The notes under the pieces are model-generated. The model was not told where the DNA came from, made no database searches, and worked only from the letters and a program-made list of their open reading frames with translations. The position numbers and the translations under genes were made by a program. Below are positions 12,409-26,160 of a stretch of 64,000 bases of DNA, in pieces. Within the stretch, counting starts at the first letter, position 1. Every line of letters starts with the position of its first letter. Source of the stretch: the human T2T-CHM13v2.0 reference genome, Homo sapiens; the NCBI RefSeq assembly GCF_009914755.1, contig NC_060936.1. One strand, given 5' to 3'.

Positions 12409-14169
12409 AAGTATATGATGACAATAAAATAGGATGTTGTGATGAAATATACAGCAGGGAAAGAGGTTACTTTAGAGTGGTCAGGGAAAAAGTCACATTG
12501 TACTTAATAGAACATTTTTTAAAATAACAAATCTGCACTGCACTTGACGTGTATGTACTGACTAGGACACAGGACTAGAGATGGAGTTAGAAGTAGGAGA
12601 CATTCATATTTTTATGGAGTTTACAAAACAATTGGAAAATAAAAGCATAAAATTAATTACAAAATGATATATCAATAATAAACAATACTATAAATTTATA
12701 TGTGTTAAAGGGATACAGAAATAAAAAAGGTAAGTGTGGATTGTGATGACTTTCTGGAGGCAATTTATGTTGACTTCCAGAAGAAACTTAGAAATATTTA
12801 CTTTCTTGCATGTAGATAGGAGAATGTTTTACCTTTGAGCAGAGAGAGCTACTCTTTGCAACTTTGAATCAGAGGATTGCTAAGTAGACCAGGAACTTCT
12901 TCTTCTTCTTCTTCTTTTTTTTTTTTTTTTTTTGCATTCCTGTATGTGTTTTATTTCATTTTTATTTTTATAAAATAAAAGGAATCTAAGGAATTTCATA
13001 GAAAACTAAAGAAAGAGGAGGGGCAAAATGAATATAATAGAGTCTCAGTGTGGCTGGGGAATCTTACCATGGTGAAGGGACAACACTGCCACCTGATACT
13101 TGGAAAGGACATTAATGATAGCTAGGACTTGTTTGTTTGGGACGCTGGCTTTATTTAAAACATGGTTAAAATGGCTTTCTCTTGAGGAGCACCTCAATAT
13201 CTGACTTCTATCCCTTTAAATATAGCTTAACTTACTCCTTCCATCAGCAAAATTTATCTCTAATTTTGGTAGTATGGAATTAATGAAAGATATTAGGAAG
13301 AAACAGATGAACAGGCCATCTTCAAATTCTTCACATTCTTACACTGAACAGTAATTGGGGCTAGTAACAGAATTTACTCTAAGTGTGCTGGGAAACATAC
13401 ATGTCAGTAATTAGCAAGTTTAAGAGCTAAATGCACAATTAGCATGGACAGCACATTCAGTAGAGAATTCCAAACTCTCTTTAGTTTTATCCTCCAATGC
13501 TCTAATTTGGAGCAAAAAATGCTATAATTTTAGTTAGTTTATATTTAAATATCATCTTTCTGGGCCCAGCCTAAAACATAGAGTGCCCTTTTCTCAAAAC
13601 TAATTAGGAGGATCAAATTATGCTCCTCTAAAACTGAGTTCCTTACTCTCAACTTCTGTGGTTTCCTGGCTTTTCTGGTCCTGGAGGAACTCTTACACTC
13701 TTGCCCCTCAGGTGGGCCTTTCTGACCCTGTAATCTCCTTATACCATTCCTGAGTCTATGCCATTACACAAGGCAGATCCACTTCCTGAAATGCAGTATC
13801 TCTGAGAAGTTTCCTCTTCTAAAGTTTTCTTAATTTTGCTTATTGCTTTAAGCATTTACTCACATAATAAATCCAGTTGTGACTTTATTGTAGTCTTTTA
13901 GGGATTTAACTAGAATGGGAGCAAACGAGGCAATTGAAGATGGTTTTAACTCTATGTTAGTATCTCAAGGCTCCTGTCACCCAGAATATTGCATAGATTA
14001 ATTGTGGTAAACCAACCTGAATATTTTTATTTAGACCTCAAATCAAAGAAATCCCCAAAAAGTAGAGACAGCAAGCAAATCTCTGCCATCTTTATCAAGG
14101 TAAGATAAGCAAACAAACTATTAACTCTTTTATATATCTTATATATTCTTTCCTTTACAAGAGTTTTTG

Positions 14170-14560
14170 TTTTGGAATTTTAAACATAAGACAATGCACA
14201 TGTCAAACAATTCAAAAGGTACTGCAGAAACCCACTCAATCACAAGTCATCAATGTTAAGAAGGATTTTTTTGTATATTTAATACCATATATTGTATGAA
14301 ATATATATAACATATATTACATGTGCACATATCTTTTTAAAATTCCAAGTAGAATTCTACTGTGCACTATATTTTGCATATTTATTTATTTTATTTTAGT
14401 GATATTTTCATATCAATACATATAGATCTATATAATTCTTCTTAACTACTTCATAACATTTCATTAAAATAGCCTGTCATAGGTGTACTCTCCGGTTGTT
14501 TCTAGGCTTTTGCTATCTCAAACAGGGCTATGAATGAAAATCAGTCTTGTTTATAGCATC
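14170..14560 (-). mobile_element. Old L1 (L1ME-like) 3' fragment
   Basis: GGTTGTTTCTAGGCTTTTGCTAT and related L1M motifs. Confidence 0.55.
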
Positions 14561-14954
14561 TTTATAAACATGAACTCCACTCAATTATGACCTTGTCATT
14601 TTGAATAATCCAGTGCTAATGTGGCCATTTTCAATTTTGTGCTTCCAGATTATAATACCTGCGATGGATTTATTCCTGCTTCATTGCATGCATTCTTTCA
14701 TATGCCATTTGTTACCACTTATTTATAAAAATGTCACATTTAATTGAATTTATAAAACCTAAAGTGATTAAAAGCAAAAAACTAGTCACCATAGACTGAT
14801 GACAATTTTTCCATTTGAAATACGTGGTATCATGCACTATCCAGCTGACTATTCAGTAAGTCAAGAGATCATGACAATAATTTTCTACTAAGAAACAAAT
14901 GGTATATATGTCTGAAGGAAGATAAAAATTAAAAGCCTTAAAGTACCGCTTTTT

Positions 14955-15430
<476 letters not shown>

Positions 15431-15681
15431 TTAGATATTTGTTTTATTGAACATTTTATTTCCATTAAATGAAATAGTATAGGAACACAATGAAAACACA
15501 GAGATGTTTAAGTACTTTCATTTTCAAATAAAATGACATGTTGATTCATTAACTGAATAAAAAAGCTAAGTACAACTTAAAACAATAAATACTATTCTTT
15601 CATTAAATTTTATTAGTAGTTAGTAATGCAAAGACTATTTTAAAAGCTAGTGCATATAGTGCTCTCTACTGGCCTTATCTT

Positions 15682-15805
15682 TATTACAACTACAATCAGT
15701 GTCGAGTTTGTAGTTATATGGGAACCATCATGAAAATCTTCTATATTGCAACTACAATCATCGTCAAATTTGTAGTTATGTAGGAAACATCATGATAAAC
15801 TTCTG
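15682..15805. repeat. Imperfect 62-bp tandem duplication, each unit with inverted repeat AACTACAA-N12-TTGTAGTT
   Basis: Manual ungapped alignment gives 11 mismatches in 62 bp. Confidence 0.9.
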
Positions 15806-16327
15806 TCTCCGAAGACTAATAGTATTTTAATTTTAATTTCTTTTTGTTTTCTCCTTTAGGGGTGTGTGTGTATATGTATGTGCATTCAAAAACATTCATT
15901 CTTGAACTTCTATACTGAAGTCAGTTGTGAATTCTGCAAATAAGTTGCTGGCATACATCATCACAAATAATCATGTAATAAAGAGAAAATACAAAAAAGA
16001 TGGATGTAGAACAATAACCGAACTGAAAACATTATGCCTTACATAAGTCAGTAGCAGCTACAATGCTTGCTTTTATTGTCTTTGGAGAAAACAAGTGAAG
16101 GCCTCCCAGGAGCAGAATGGGTGGGTGTGTATATTTAGGAAATCATGGTGGACAGTGACCACCATCATAAGCTCCTTTCTTTCTTTCCTCCAACACTCCT
16201 TACTTCCTGCACCATCTTCTAAAGACTCCAGAAATCTTACTGGTGCTTTTTTAAAGCTTAGGAAAAAATGTTGGAGTGGTTATGAAAGACATTTGCTTCA
16301 GGAGAAATAGAGAGAGAGAGAGAGATT

Positions 16328-17560
16328 GGTTCATTTATTCTATAATTTCATGTCTAGTTGATACTAAGTGCCACATGCTGTGCTAAGCACTAAACATTGA
16401 GCGGTTTTCAAAACCACCAATACCCAACTGGAATTATTGGTATTTGTAGGAATTATTCCTCAATAATATAAATGCAATTGAGGAAAGTACATCGTGCAAT
16501 GAGAAAGCCTGTAACTGGTACATAAACCGATCTGGGATTCAGAAAGGATATCTCCAGAGCAGTAACACTTATGGTATAATGTGAAGAATGAGTATTAGAT
16601 GTTAACCAAGCAAAGGTGAGGGTTGTAGAGACCATTCCAAGATCAGGTACCCTATGGGGTACCTTAGGCATGAAAGCACTTGGCCCTTTCAAAAAGCAGA
16701 GAGAAAGGTCAATGTGGCTTAAGGAAGCAGAACCAGAGAGTCTGCCAAGCTAAGGTAAAAATAACAGGTCTTGAAAGCCACATGAGGGATTTTGGATTTC
16801 ATCCCAAGAGAAATGGGAAGTTATGGGAGTAGTCTTAAATAGCAGAGTAAGTGAAATAAAGAGATTTGTATTTTCTTTAATATCTGAATGCAATGTGAAG
16901 AGTGATCAGGGTGCAGGGAGCAGGTATAAATTAGAAGTGACCATTAAAGAGGCTATTCAGCAATCCAGGTAAGAAAGTACAGTGGTTTGGACTACAAAGA
17001 TGGAATTGAAATTCAATGAAGTGGATGGATCCCAGAAATGCTTGAAGGATAACACCCATGGCCTTTGGTAAGATTGTATGCAAGTGGTAAAGGAGACACA
17101 ATATTAAAAAGTGCCTCCTAGGCTTCTGACATGAATGAATGGATAAATGGCGGTAGGAAATATTGAAGGAAAAATTGGGAAGAAAAGTTAGTTTTCAACT
17201 TATGAAGTTTGACATCAAAGTTTGACACTTTTGAGATGTCAAAATGGTTATGTCATAATTGATGAACTATGAGTCTGTAGCTAAGAAAAGTCCTGAACTA
17301 GAGGTATAAACTTGGAAACCATTTGAATTATAATTGAAATTACTAGAGAGGAGGAAACCACACAAAGAAAGACTACTGAATGGGGAGTGTCTCACACTAA
17401 ACCCTGATGAAATCCTACATTTAAAGTTCATATAAAGGAAAAGGATCCAGGAAAGGAGAAACAAGAGGTAGAAGGAAAACTAAGAGAGACTGATAACATA
17501 CACAGCAAGGGAATACAAAAGAAATGGGCGCTGTGTCACAAGCGCTGCTGAGAGAATAAG
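16328..17560 (-). mobile_element. L2 LINE, long fragment
   Basis: L2 tail TTCATTTATTC followed by typical L2 body (GGATTTTGGATTTCATCCCAAGAGAAATGGGAAG; CCTAGGCTTCTGACATGAATGAATGGATAAATGG). Confidence 0.8.
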
Positions 17561-17698
17561 AGCCAACCTGAACAAAGACCCTGGATTTAGTGGTATAAGA
17601 AACAAAGCCATGTACTGAGACCAAACTAGGTCTGAGAAGAGTACAGAGTATTGAAATAAATATTGCATAGAGGTTTTTTTTTGTTTTTCTTTTTTTAA

Positions 17699-17735
<37 letters not shown>

Positions 17736-17852
17736 AAACTTACATATATACACATATATGTGTATATATAAGTGATATACATAAGTTATATACATATAAT
17801 GTGTATATATGTTATATATATAGAAGTTATATATATAGAGAGAGTTAATAAA

Positions 17853-17902
<50 letters not shown>

Positions 17903-17909
17903 AATAAAA
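17699..17909. repeat. Compound microsatellite (TG)n/(TA)n/(GA)n
   Basis: Read directly from the sequence. Confidence 0.95.
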
Positions 17910-18750
17910 GTGGATCGAGGTCCAGGTTTAATCAGTTTTTGAAGGATCTGCTTCACCTGAGTTGATGGATACTGCCTTGGCCATATAGGTTCTTCCATTC
18001 TCAATCCTCTTAAATGCCAAAATATGGACTCTATGAGTAGCTTTGTGAATTACTTCTTTTAATAGTCTTCAAAGTAATGCGTAATACTCTATAGTTCGGC
18101 TATTGCTTAGTGGCCTCAATTTCTCCATAGAGCACTGAACTGATTTGGAGCAGATGATCTTTCCCATCATGACTGCCTGACTGAGTAAACGTGGATGGAG
18201 GAAACCCTCATGACTCCAGGAAACTTCCTGTTCAGGATTTTCCAATGTGGCCATCATTTTTCTAAAGCAATACACTGCTAATTCTATATTGTTTTATGAT
18301 TAATGTTTAGTACATGATTCTAGGCCTACTAAAATATTTGAAGCTGATTTTTACTTCTTTATTTCTATTTGATGTTACTTACTATGCACCCATATACATT
18401 GATTCTGTCTTTGGTGCACACAGAGAGAAAGCAACTCAAAAAAAAAAAAAAAAGAAAAGAAAAGAAAGAAAGACAGCCCTGATATTGACAAATATATCAT
18501 AGAACAAGTTGCATCCATCTGAACATGTTGCTCCAGAATCAAGACAAAATATGAAAACATTTTTGAGCCATAATGGAATTTGATACTCATTACGAGTATC
18601 AAATTTAACCAACAGTGGAAAATGAAATGAGACCCAGAGAGATTATATCAACTGCCCCACTATTCCTAGTTGGTGAGGAACAGGGCTGAGACTGAAGTCC
18701 AAGTTTCAACCAGTCCAGTGCCCTTTATACTACACTGTGTTATTACACTA

Positions 18751-19180
<430 letters not shown>

Positions 19181-22100
19181 AATGAGTAAGAGAACAATAT
19201 ACTGCCCAGCAAATAATCTCCATTTAAAATACATTTTACAATGGAAAATCAGTTCAACTACAGTTATTAACTGCTCACTTTGTACAAGATGTTTTATCTA
19301 CTATGTTCTATGGAGATTTACAAGAAAAAAATAAATAAAATGTGGCCCTTGCCCTACAGGAACTTAATATTTATCACAATTCTCTGCAAAACAGGGTAGG
19401 ACATGGTAAGCACCACCATATATAAGAGATATGAACACAGTATTACATGGAACATGGAAAGCTTCATGAATATGGTGGTATTTATGCTGGATCTTTTAAA
19501 ACAGAAGAGTTTTTAGGTGGAGGTAGGATTGAAAAACATTTCAGTTGAACTAAACAGAATGTCTAAATGTACACTCAGGAAATGATGGTATGTGTTTTAT
19601 TATTGAAACAGTCTACTTGTCTGGAACATGGGAGACATGAAGGAAAGTGGAAACCTGTGAAAAGTAGAAAGAAGCTGGTAGAAAAGGGAAAAGAAAGATA
19701 CCACAGGGGGCTCTGAGAGTTACCTTAAGGAGCTTAAGATTCATTCAGTCTAAAGCTTTTTGAGCAGGAAGGTGACAGGAGGTCCTTCTTGCCAGTGTAT
19801 TAAAACTTATTATAGAAAAATGATGATGAATTTTAAAAAGGTATAATTACAGAATGTCAAACAAAATTATCCACATGAACTAATGATATTCTATGTTAAT
19901 ATGAAGAGAAGAGATTCATTCTCAGGTCATGGAGACAGGCCTTCACACCACACTACAGCTTGACTCATTGGCTGGATGGCCCTCCATACAATTTTCTTCA
20001 ATGTTCGCTATGGCAGAAATGAAAAAAACATTACTTTTTTGAAGATTTATAAGTCTGACTGTAGAAAAATCAATGGTATACAAAGGAAAGTATGCAGTGG
20101 CCTAAGTGTAAAATTCTGAAGACCCACGTTTTCTTAACATCCCACACCTTTCCTAAAGTGTCCCTTTATATACCCCCAAATAACTGTATAACTGTATTCT
20201 TTTGTGAATACCCTTTAATTATAGTAGCTTATCTGATCCCAGGTAGTATAAAAACATGGTAATAATTAAGTCTCAAGATGGCTTAAGTATTAACAGACTT
20301 GTAAATAAAGAACAACAATGAAATAATGAAAAAAAGCATGAGAGATTTTGACGGAATAGGATATAAAAAAATATTGATACTACATCAGTGATGAGAGGTT
20401 CATTCTGGGAAGCTTTGGGGGAATTATTAAGGATACCTATTTATTTCAAGATGAGTTCTGAAATGATGATGTATTCATTTAGTTGAAATGTTTTGAGAAC
20501 AATGAACTAGATGAAGAGAGAGAATGGCTATGGAGATTTAAATGGTGGTGCATACACTGCGTCATTTATGTCAGTTCTGTTATAATTACCATTAATCCCA
20601 ATTTTACAATAAGAGACAAAGCCTAAAGAAAATGTAAATATCATGGAGCCTATAGAAATGACAGAATATTATCACATGGGAAGAAGTTCTTCCCCCTTCC
20701 CTCAGGTCTTTATGTGGATTACATTGCCCCATAGATTTTTAGCATCATAATGTTTTAGTACATAATCACTGGCATTTTGATTCAGACTACTGGAAATATA
20801 AGACAAAGATGTGTGTAAGACAAATATTAAACATACACATGGGATTTATCTACCATTATCATGTGGGATGTATGCACATGATATAATTCTTGAAACAGAG
20901 TATCTACATTTGATGTCAGTGGAACTTTCACATTAATAAATGAGATAAAATATTTAGGGAATAAGAGAGATGGTAAATGAGCAGGTTAACAATTTTATGT
21001 TATGTGCAGCTCATAATTGTAGCTTTGTGAAGAGCTCCCACTGAGTCAATGGGAAGTGTGGGTAGAGGTTAGTGCCAGGTTAATTGTTGTATTCAACATC
21101 TATCAGGAGAAAAAGTGGAGATAAAATTGCAGCATTTATGTTTTTTCCTTTCAATTTTCCTTCATCTCAATACTTGTTAGGTTTTCTTCCCTTATTATTT
21201 ATATCCATGTGTGAATTTTTTTCTTCCCCTCTCTCTTTGGTTTACTGAAGAAATATATGTCATAAAATTGACTTTCAAGGCATTAAAAAAAATAAAGACA
21301 ATGTCATTCACCTATTCATTTTCAATATAAAGTTGAAAATATAGTTCCATGGAAAATATTACAAGTAATCTGATGGAAAAATAGATTTTGTAAGGAAAGA
21401 AGTGTTTTACCAGCTGTCTCTGTGGCATGCTTGGGATTGTAGTACACCAACAATACTAAACCTGCAGGTAATTTTAATTATCATCTGACAAGTCATTTTT
21501 CTTTTTTAGTAGTTCTCTAGCCCTTTGGGATTCACTCCTCTCAATGACTATAGATGTTTCTTCCATGTAATGAAAGAACTTGAGACTTCAAATGTGCAGC
21601 TTTCCAATTCTCTATGAATCTTCCTCTTTGCAATGTGATTTAGAGCTGAGTTATAGTATAATTATATGTCAAGGGTACTACTATCTAACCTTTCATCAAC
21701 TCCAGGTTGACGTCTTTAAATTTGAGGCTTGAAATTACTATACTATTTTTTTACTTCTTTCTTAATTCAGAAAATTAACATTTATGTAAATTAAAGAACA
21801 TCTGCATTTTACTACTAGTCTGATTTTACTTCTCACCTACTTATTCTTTCTTATACTCACCTTCAAATTTTCCATATCTATGTTTGTTTTTACTTTCATC
21901 TCTTTTATCAATATTAATATTGCCTTTCTAAATTTTTACTTTCTGAGACATTCCATTACTAAATTTGGAAAGAATTTACACAAATCCTGAGGGAATTGAT
22001 AGCAAAAAGAAAAATGAAACAACCTTCTGTGAACTGTAAATGTTCATGTTTATTAAATGCAAAAAATCATTCTTTAAAGAGGAATAAACAAAACTACTTT

Positions 22101-22666
22101 TGCTTTGTGTCTTCACCTTTTGAAGAGAGCTCTGAAAAAAAACCCATCAGATTACATATGTTATTGAATATTTTAGTGAAAGAACCATTCAAATTAAATT
22201 AGTAAGCTTTGATGTCATGTATGTGTTTAAAATCACTGTTGAATGCTTACCTCACTTAAGTTTTTTGGGAAAGAAGTCTATTTTGACAAAATAGTTATTT
22301 AAAATTGTAACTTATTTTTTATAAGTCTGAGTACATTCTATGGCAAGCATATATAATTATATTTGTTCATAGGCTTATTGGTGATTTTGAGGAATTTTTC
22401 TTTTATCTCTATGAAAACCATGAGTCATTCATTCATTTTCCTAGATATACAAAATCCAAATTCATTTTAAAATTTAAAATAAATTAAATTAAGATATCTT
22501 CCTGCAACTTGGTAACATCATTATCTCCATCAGATGAGATATTCTCAGGAGGGCATTACCTTATTGCATTGAAGGGATTATAAATGTGTTATTTTCAGAA
22601 TGAGATAGATTTCTGTTGCACTTCTTTATCCTCTTGGTCTGAAATCCCTACTTAAGAATTCATTTA

Positions 22667-22904
22667 AACAATAAGAACACATGGACACAGGAAGGGGAAC
22701 ATCACACACCGGGGACTGTTGTGGGGTCGGGGGAGGCGGGAGGGATAGCATTAGGAGATATATCTAATGCTAAATGACGAGTTAATGGGTGCAGCACACT
22801 AACATGGCACATGTATACATATGTAACAAACCTGCACGTTGTGCACACGTACCCTAAAACTTAAAGTATAATAATAATAAAATTTAAAAAAAACAAGCAA
22901 AAAA
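22667..22904 (+). mobile_element. Young L1PA (PA2-4-like) 3' end, 5' truncated
   Basis: GGGATAGCATTAGGAGATATATCTAATGCTAAATGACGAGTTAATGGGTGCAGCACAC...CCCTAAAACTTAAAGTATAATAATAA plus A-tail. Confidence 0.93.
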
Positions 22905-23128
22905 AATGAGAACACATGGACACACTGAAGGAAACAACAGAACTGGGGTCTTGAGCATGGAGGGTGGGAGGAGGGAAAGGAGCAGAAAAGGTAACTGTTG
23001 GCTATTGGGCTTGATACCTGAGTAATGAAATAATCTGTAAAACAAACCTCTGTGACATGAATTTACCTACATAATAAACCTATATGTGTACCCCTGAACC
23101 TAAAATAAAAGTCTAAAAGAAAAAAAAA
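22905..23128 (+). mobile_element. Older L1PA (about PA13-16-like) 3' end
   Basis: GGAGGGTGGGAGGAGGGAAAGGAGCAGAAAA...CCCCTGAACCTAAAATAAAAGT; TSD AAGAATTCATTTA at 22654-22666 and 23127-23139. Confidence 0.88.
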
Positions 23129-24209
23129 GAATTCATTTAGTAATATTCTGGTGTTGCTAATGGTTTAGAAGTTTTCCTTTGGACACAATAGCAATTGGTT
23201 ATCAAACCACTGTCTAATTCTATTTGTATCATTGGAACATTTAGACGTTAAAAATCCATGAATACTTTTTCAGAAGATTTAAAATGTGAGAGTATAAAAA
23301 TAGAATATAGACAACTGCAATTGATCCCTCAGCTTGACAACAGATGGAAATTTTTAGAGCTAAACACATTATTTCTATTATCTAGCCATAAAAGGAAAAT
23401 ATCATGATGACAAGTGCATTTATCAATTTCAAACTAGATTCTCATAATCCTCACCTTGTACCAGAATTTTATCTGAGTTCTAAAATATAAACATCAAGAC
23501 ATACTTCTATTCATCTTACAGTTTTAAATAATTTTAAGGAAACGATTCGGTCCCATTGATTAATACTTGACATGTTTCTATGAGCTAAATGAATGCTGAG
23601 AAAGTGAAAGCTCCTTACTCATTTAAAGTGCATAAGCTGCACATGGATAAGGCCATGTTTGGATTTGTTGTTTTGCTTTGTTTTGTCCACAAATCTGACA
23701 TAGTGGTGAATGAAAAATGAATAAATGGGAAGAAGTTAAGGGAAAGAGGAAAGGGGCAAATGGATGAATAATACAAATATATTTCTAAGTGTTTATCTTA
23801 TATCTCAAATTTTGTACATTAACTGCAATATAGCAAGCAGACTAGCATTGCCTAAAAAAGTCTGAGCCCGAATGAATTCCTAAGTTATCTGTAATTAGCA
23901 TATCCAAGCACCCTGTTAGGGATGGCTGGCTTCTACTTACATTGTCTTTGCTTTACAGGCTGTCTGGAATTTTGGAAGTTACAGCGAGATTACTTCTAAA
24001 GGGTTAAACTCTAAAGTTATCTACTAAGGCAAAAATTGCCCTTGAAATCCCTTATATTACCCATAAAACTTGATTTGGAAGATCTATATGTTTACATTGT
24101 AATTTGTAAATGCATTAAAATTTGAGGAGTACTGTGCTGCGCTTGAGGCAAAACCAAGTCAAAACTCTGGGTAGTGAGTGAGTGACCCATGTGACCCGTA
24201 GTGCTCAGT

Positions 24210-24460
24210 GACAGTATAGTTTAGAGATTAAGAGTCCCTGCTTTGAAATCTGTGTGCTGACTCTGAATCCCAGATCTATGGCTCAGCAGCTGTGTGACCT
24301 TGACCAAATGACTTAATATCTCTTGCTCCATTTCCACATCTGTAAAATTGGATTATAATTGTACCTATGGAGTAGATTGTTGTGATAATCAAATGAGATA
24401 ATCTGTGTAAATGGTTTGAAATAGGGTCTAGCGTGTAATGAAGTGTATTTGCTATTCCTC
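24210..24460 (+). mobile_element. MIR, near full length
   Basis: GCTGTGTGACCTTGACCAAATGACTTAAT...TTTCCACATCTGTAAAATTGGATTATAAT. Confidence 0.85.
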
Positions 24461-25067
24461 CTGACTTTATGGTAACTATAAAATTCCTAATAAAGAACAA
24501 ATGATGGATGAGAATTATAAAATGTTTTTGTTTGCCTGCAGAATTTACTCCATTCTATTTTCATAAATCAGCCTCTGTAAACTTAATGAATATAAATAAA
24601 TAGTTTCCTGGGAAGAGGTAAGGAGATAAATGTCACTGACACACAGTAGGTAATGCTTACTGGATATTAATCTAAATCTTGATTGAGCAGATAGATGCGC
24701 ATGCTATTCTTGGAAAAGATAGAACAATTACCTTGGCTGCCCATGTCCTATCTTTCCAGCCTGTCCCTACCTTTGGATGCCCTACTGAACAGGAATCAAT
24801 CTTATGCTCTTAGGTATCAAATGCAGATTAAGTGAGAGTTACATTCTAAGCCCAGCTCAAAAGTTAAATATACCTGTAATGTAACTCCTTATCACTAAGA
24901 TCTACCAGTTTAGTCCTCCTGAATAAATCTTTTTGGCTCATTGGCCAAAAAGCCTTTCCTGTCATACTTCCTGGCCACACCTCAATAGCATATCCAATCC
25001 CGGTTAGAATCACCAAAGGAATGGTTCTTCCAGGTGCTCTGCCATGAGGCCCCCAGGTTCACTTCCA

Positions 25068-25075
25068 TACATACA

Positions 25076-25132
<57 letters not shown>
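25068..25132. repeat. (CA)n microsatellite
   Basis: Read directly from the sequence. Confidence 0.97.
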
Positions 25133-25133
<1 letters not shown>

Positions 25134-25964
25134 TCCTTTTGTACCACCAGCTATTTAAACTTTTACCCCTTCATTACCATGATCTGAGTCCTTGCCTCCG
25201 ATTAAATAAGGGCAAGCTGTATTCTTTCCTACTGAAACAGTGGTGGCAGATGTATTCTCAGCATGTCCAGCTAAATATCTCATTAATTTAACCAATTTTT
25301 ATTCAGTATTGCAGCATGTCAAAGATTATGTGGTGCACTTAATATACTAATAGGTGAGCAACATACACTGAATTCATGACACCTATTATCTAGTAGGGAA
25401 GAATGAACATTATATTCATAAATATTTGCTGCAATATATGAGATTGATACAACTCTGTAGCTAACTATTTTTTGTAGGATGGTCAGAACAAAGTATATCC
25501 TACATAAATTTGAAATATTTGTGTGCTTTCGAGTATACGTATATTTTAATTTGAGTGACAAGTATAGTCATTTGATAAATAACCATTTTCATCTGTTTTA
25601 CTTTTCATCTGTGAAAGAGAGAGGGTCAGGAGGAGTTTGATATTTTTCATTGATTTGTCTCATTTTACCAGTGGCTATATTATCTTTTTGAAGTGAATCT
25701 TTCCATTTAACTTTAAGCTGGAAAATGAGGGAAACACTGTTTCACAAACGCTGTACCTTTGTACTATATTTAAATAGAGATAATTATTTTTTCATCAACC
25801 TCATCTGAATATGAGTCAAGTTGCTAAGACATCAAAGCATGTTGGCCAAAGCTTATCATAATGATTTATACATATTTGGACATTCTATAATGTCACCACA
25901 ATGTTGCTTTTTTTCTGATGCTTTTCATTACTATAATGTAAAATAGGATTTGCTAATTACAGAA

Positions 25965-26160
25965 GTAATGATAGCTACATTGATTGAGGGCCTACTGTAT
26001 GTGCCAGGTACACAAAGGATATTTATTAACATTATTTTATTTCATCTTTCCTGTACCTTTATGAAGGTATTGTTTTCTATTCGCAGGTAAGGAAATTAGT
26101 ACAGAGAGAGGCGAAGGAACATGACCACTTTCTCCAATAAGCCAGACTCCAAACCCCACC
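25965..26160 (-). mobile_element. MIR
   Basis: ATAGCTACATTGATTGAGGGCCTACTGTATGTGCCAGG...GCAGGTAAGGAAATTAGTACAGAGAG. Confidence 0.7.

Noticed and set aside
15682-15805. CRISPR-like interpretation of the palindromic tandem units
   Set aside because: Only two units, the sequence between palindromes is also duplicated rather than unique spacers, there are no cas genes, and the context is eukaryotic.
16645-16664. Perfect 8-bp inverted repeat AGGTACCC-TATG-GGGTACCT
   Set aside because: A single short palindrome inside a decayed L2; expected by chance in 64 kb.
23940-23960. Isolated plus-strand splice-acceptor-like sites (also near 49001 and 61913)
   Set aside because: Polypyrimidine-CAG motifs are common; there is no paired donor or coding evidence to define exons.
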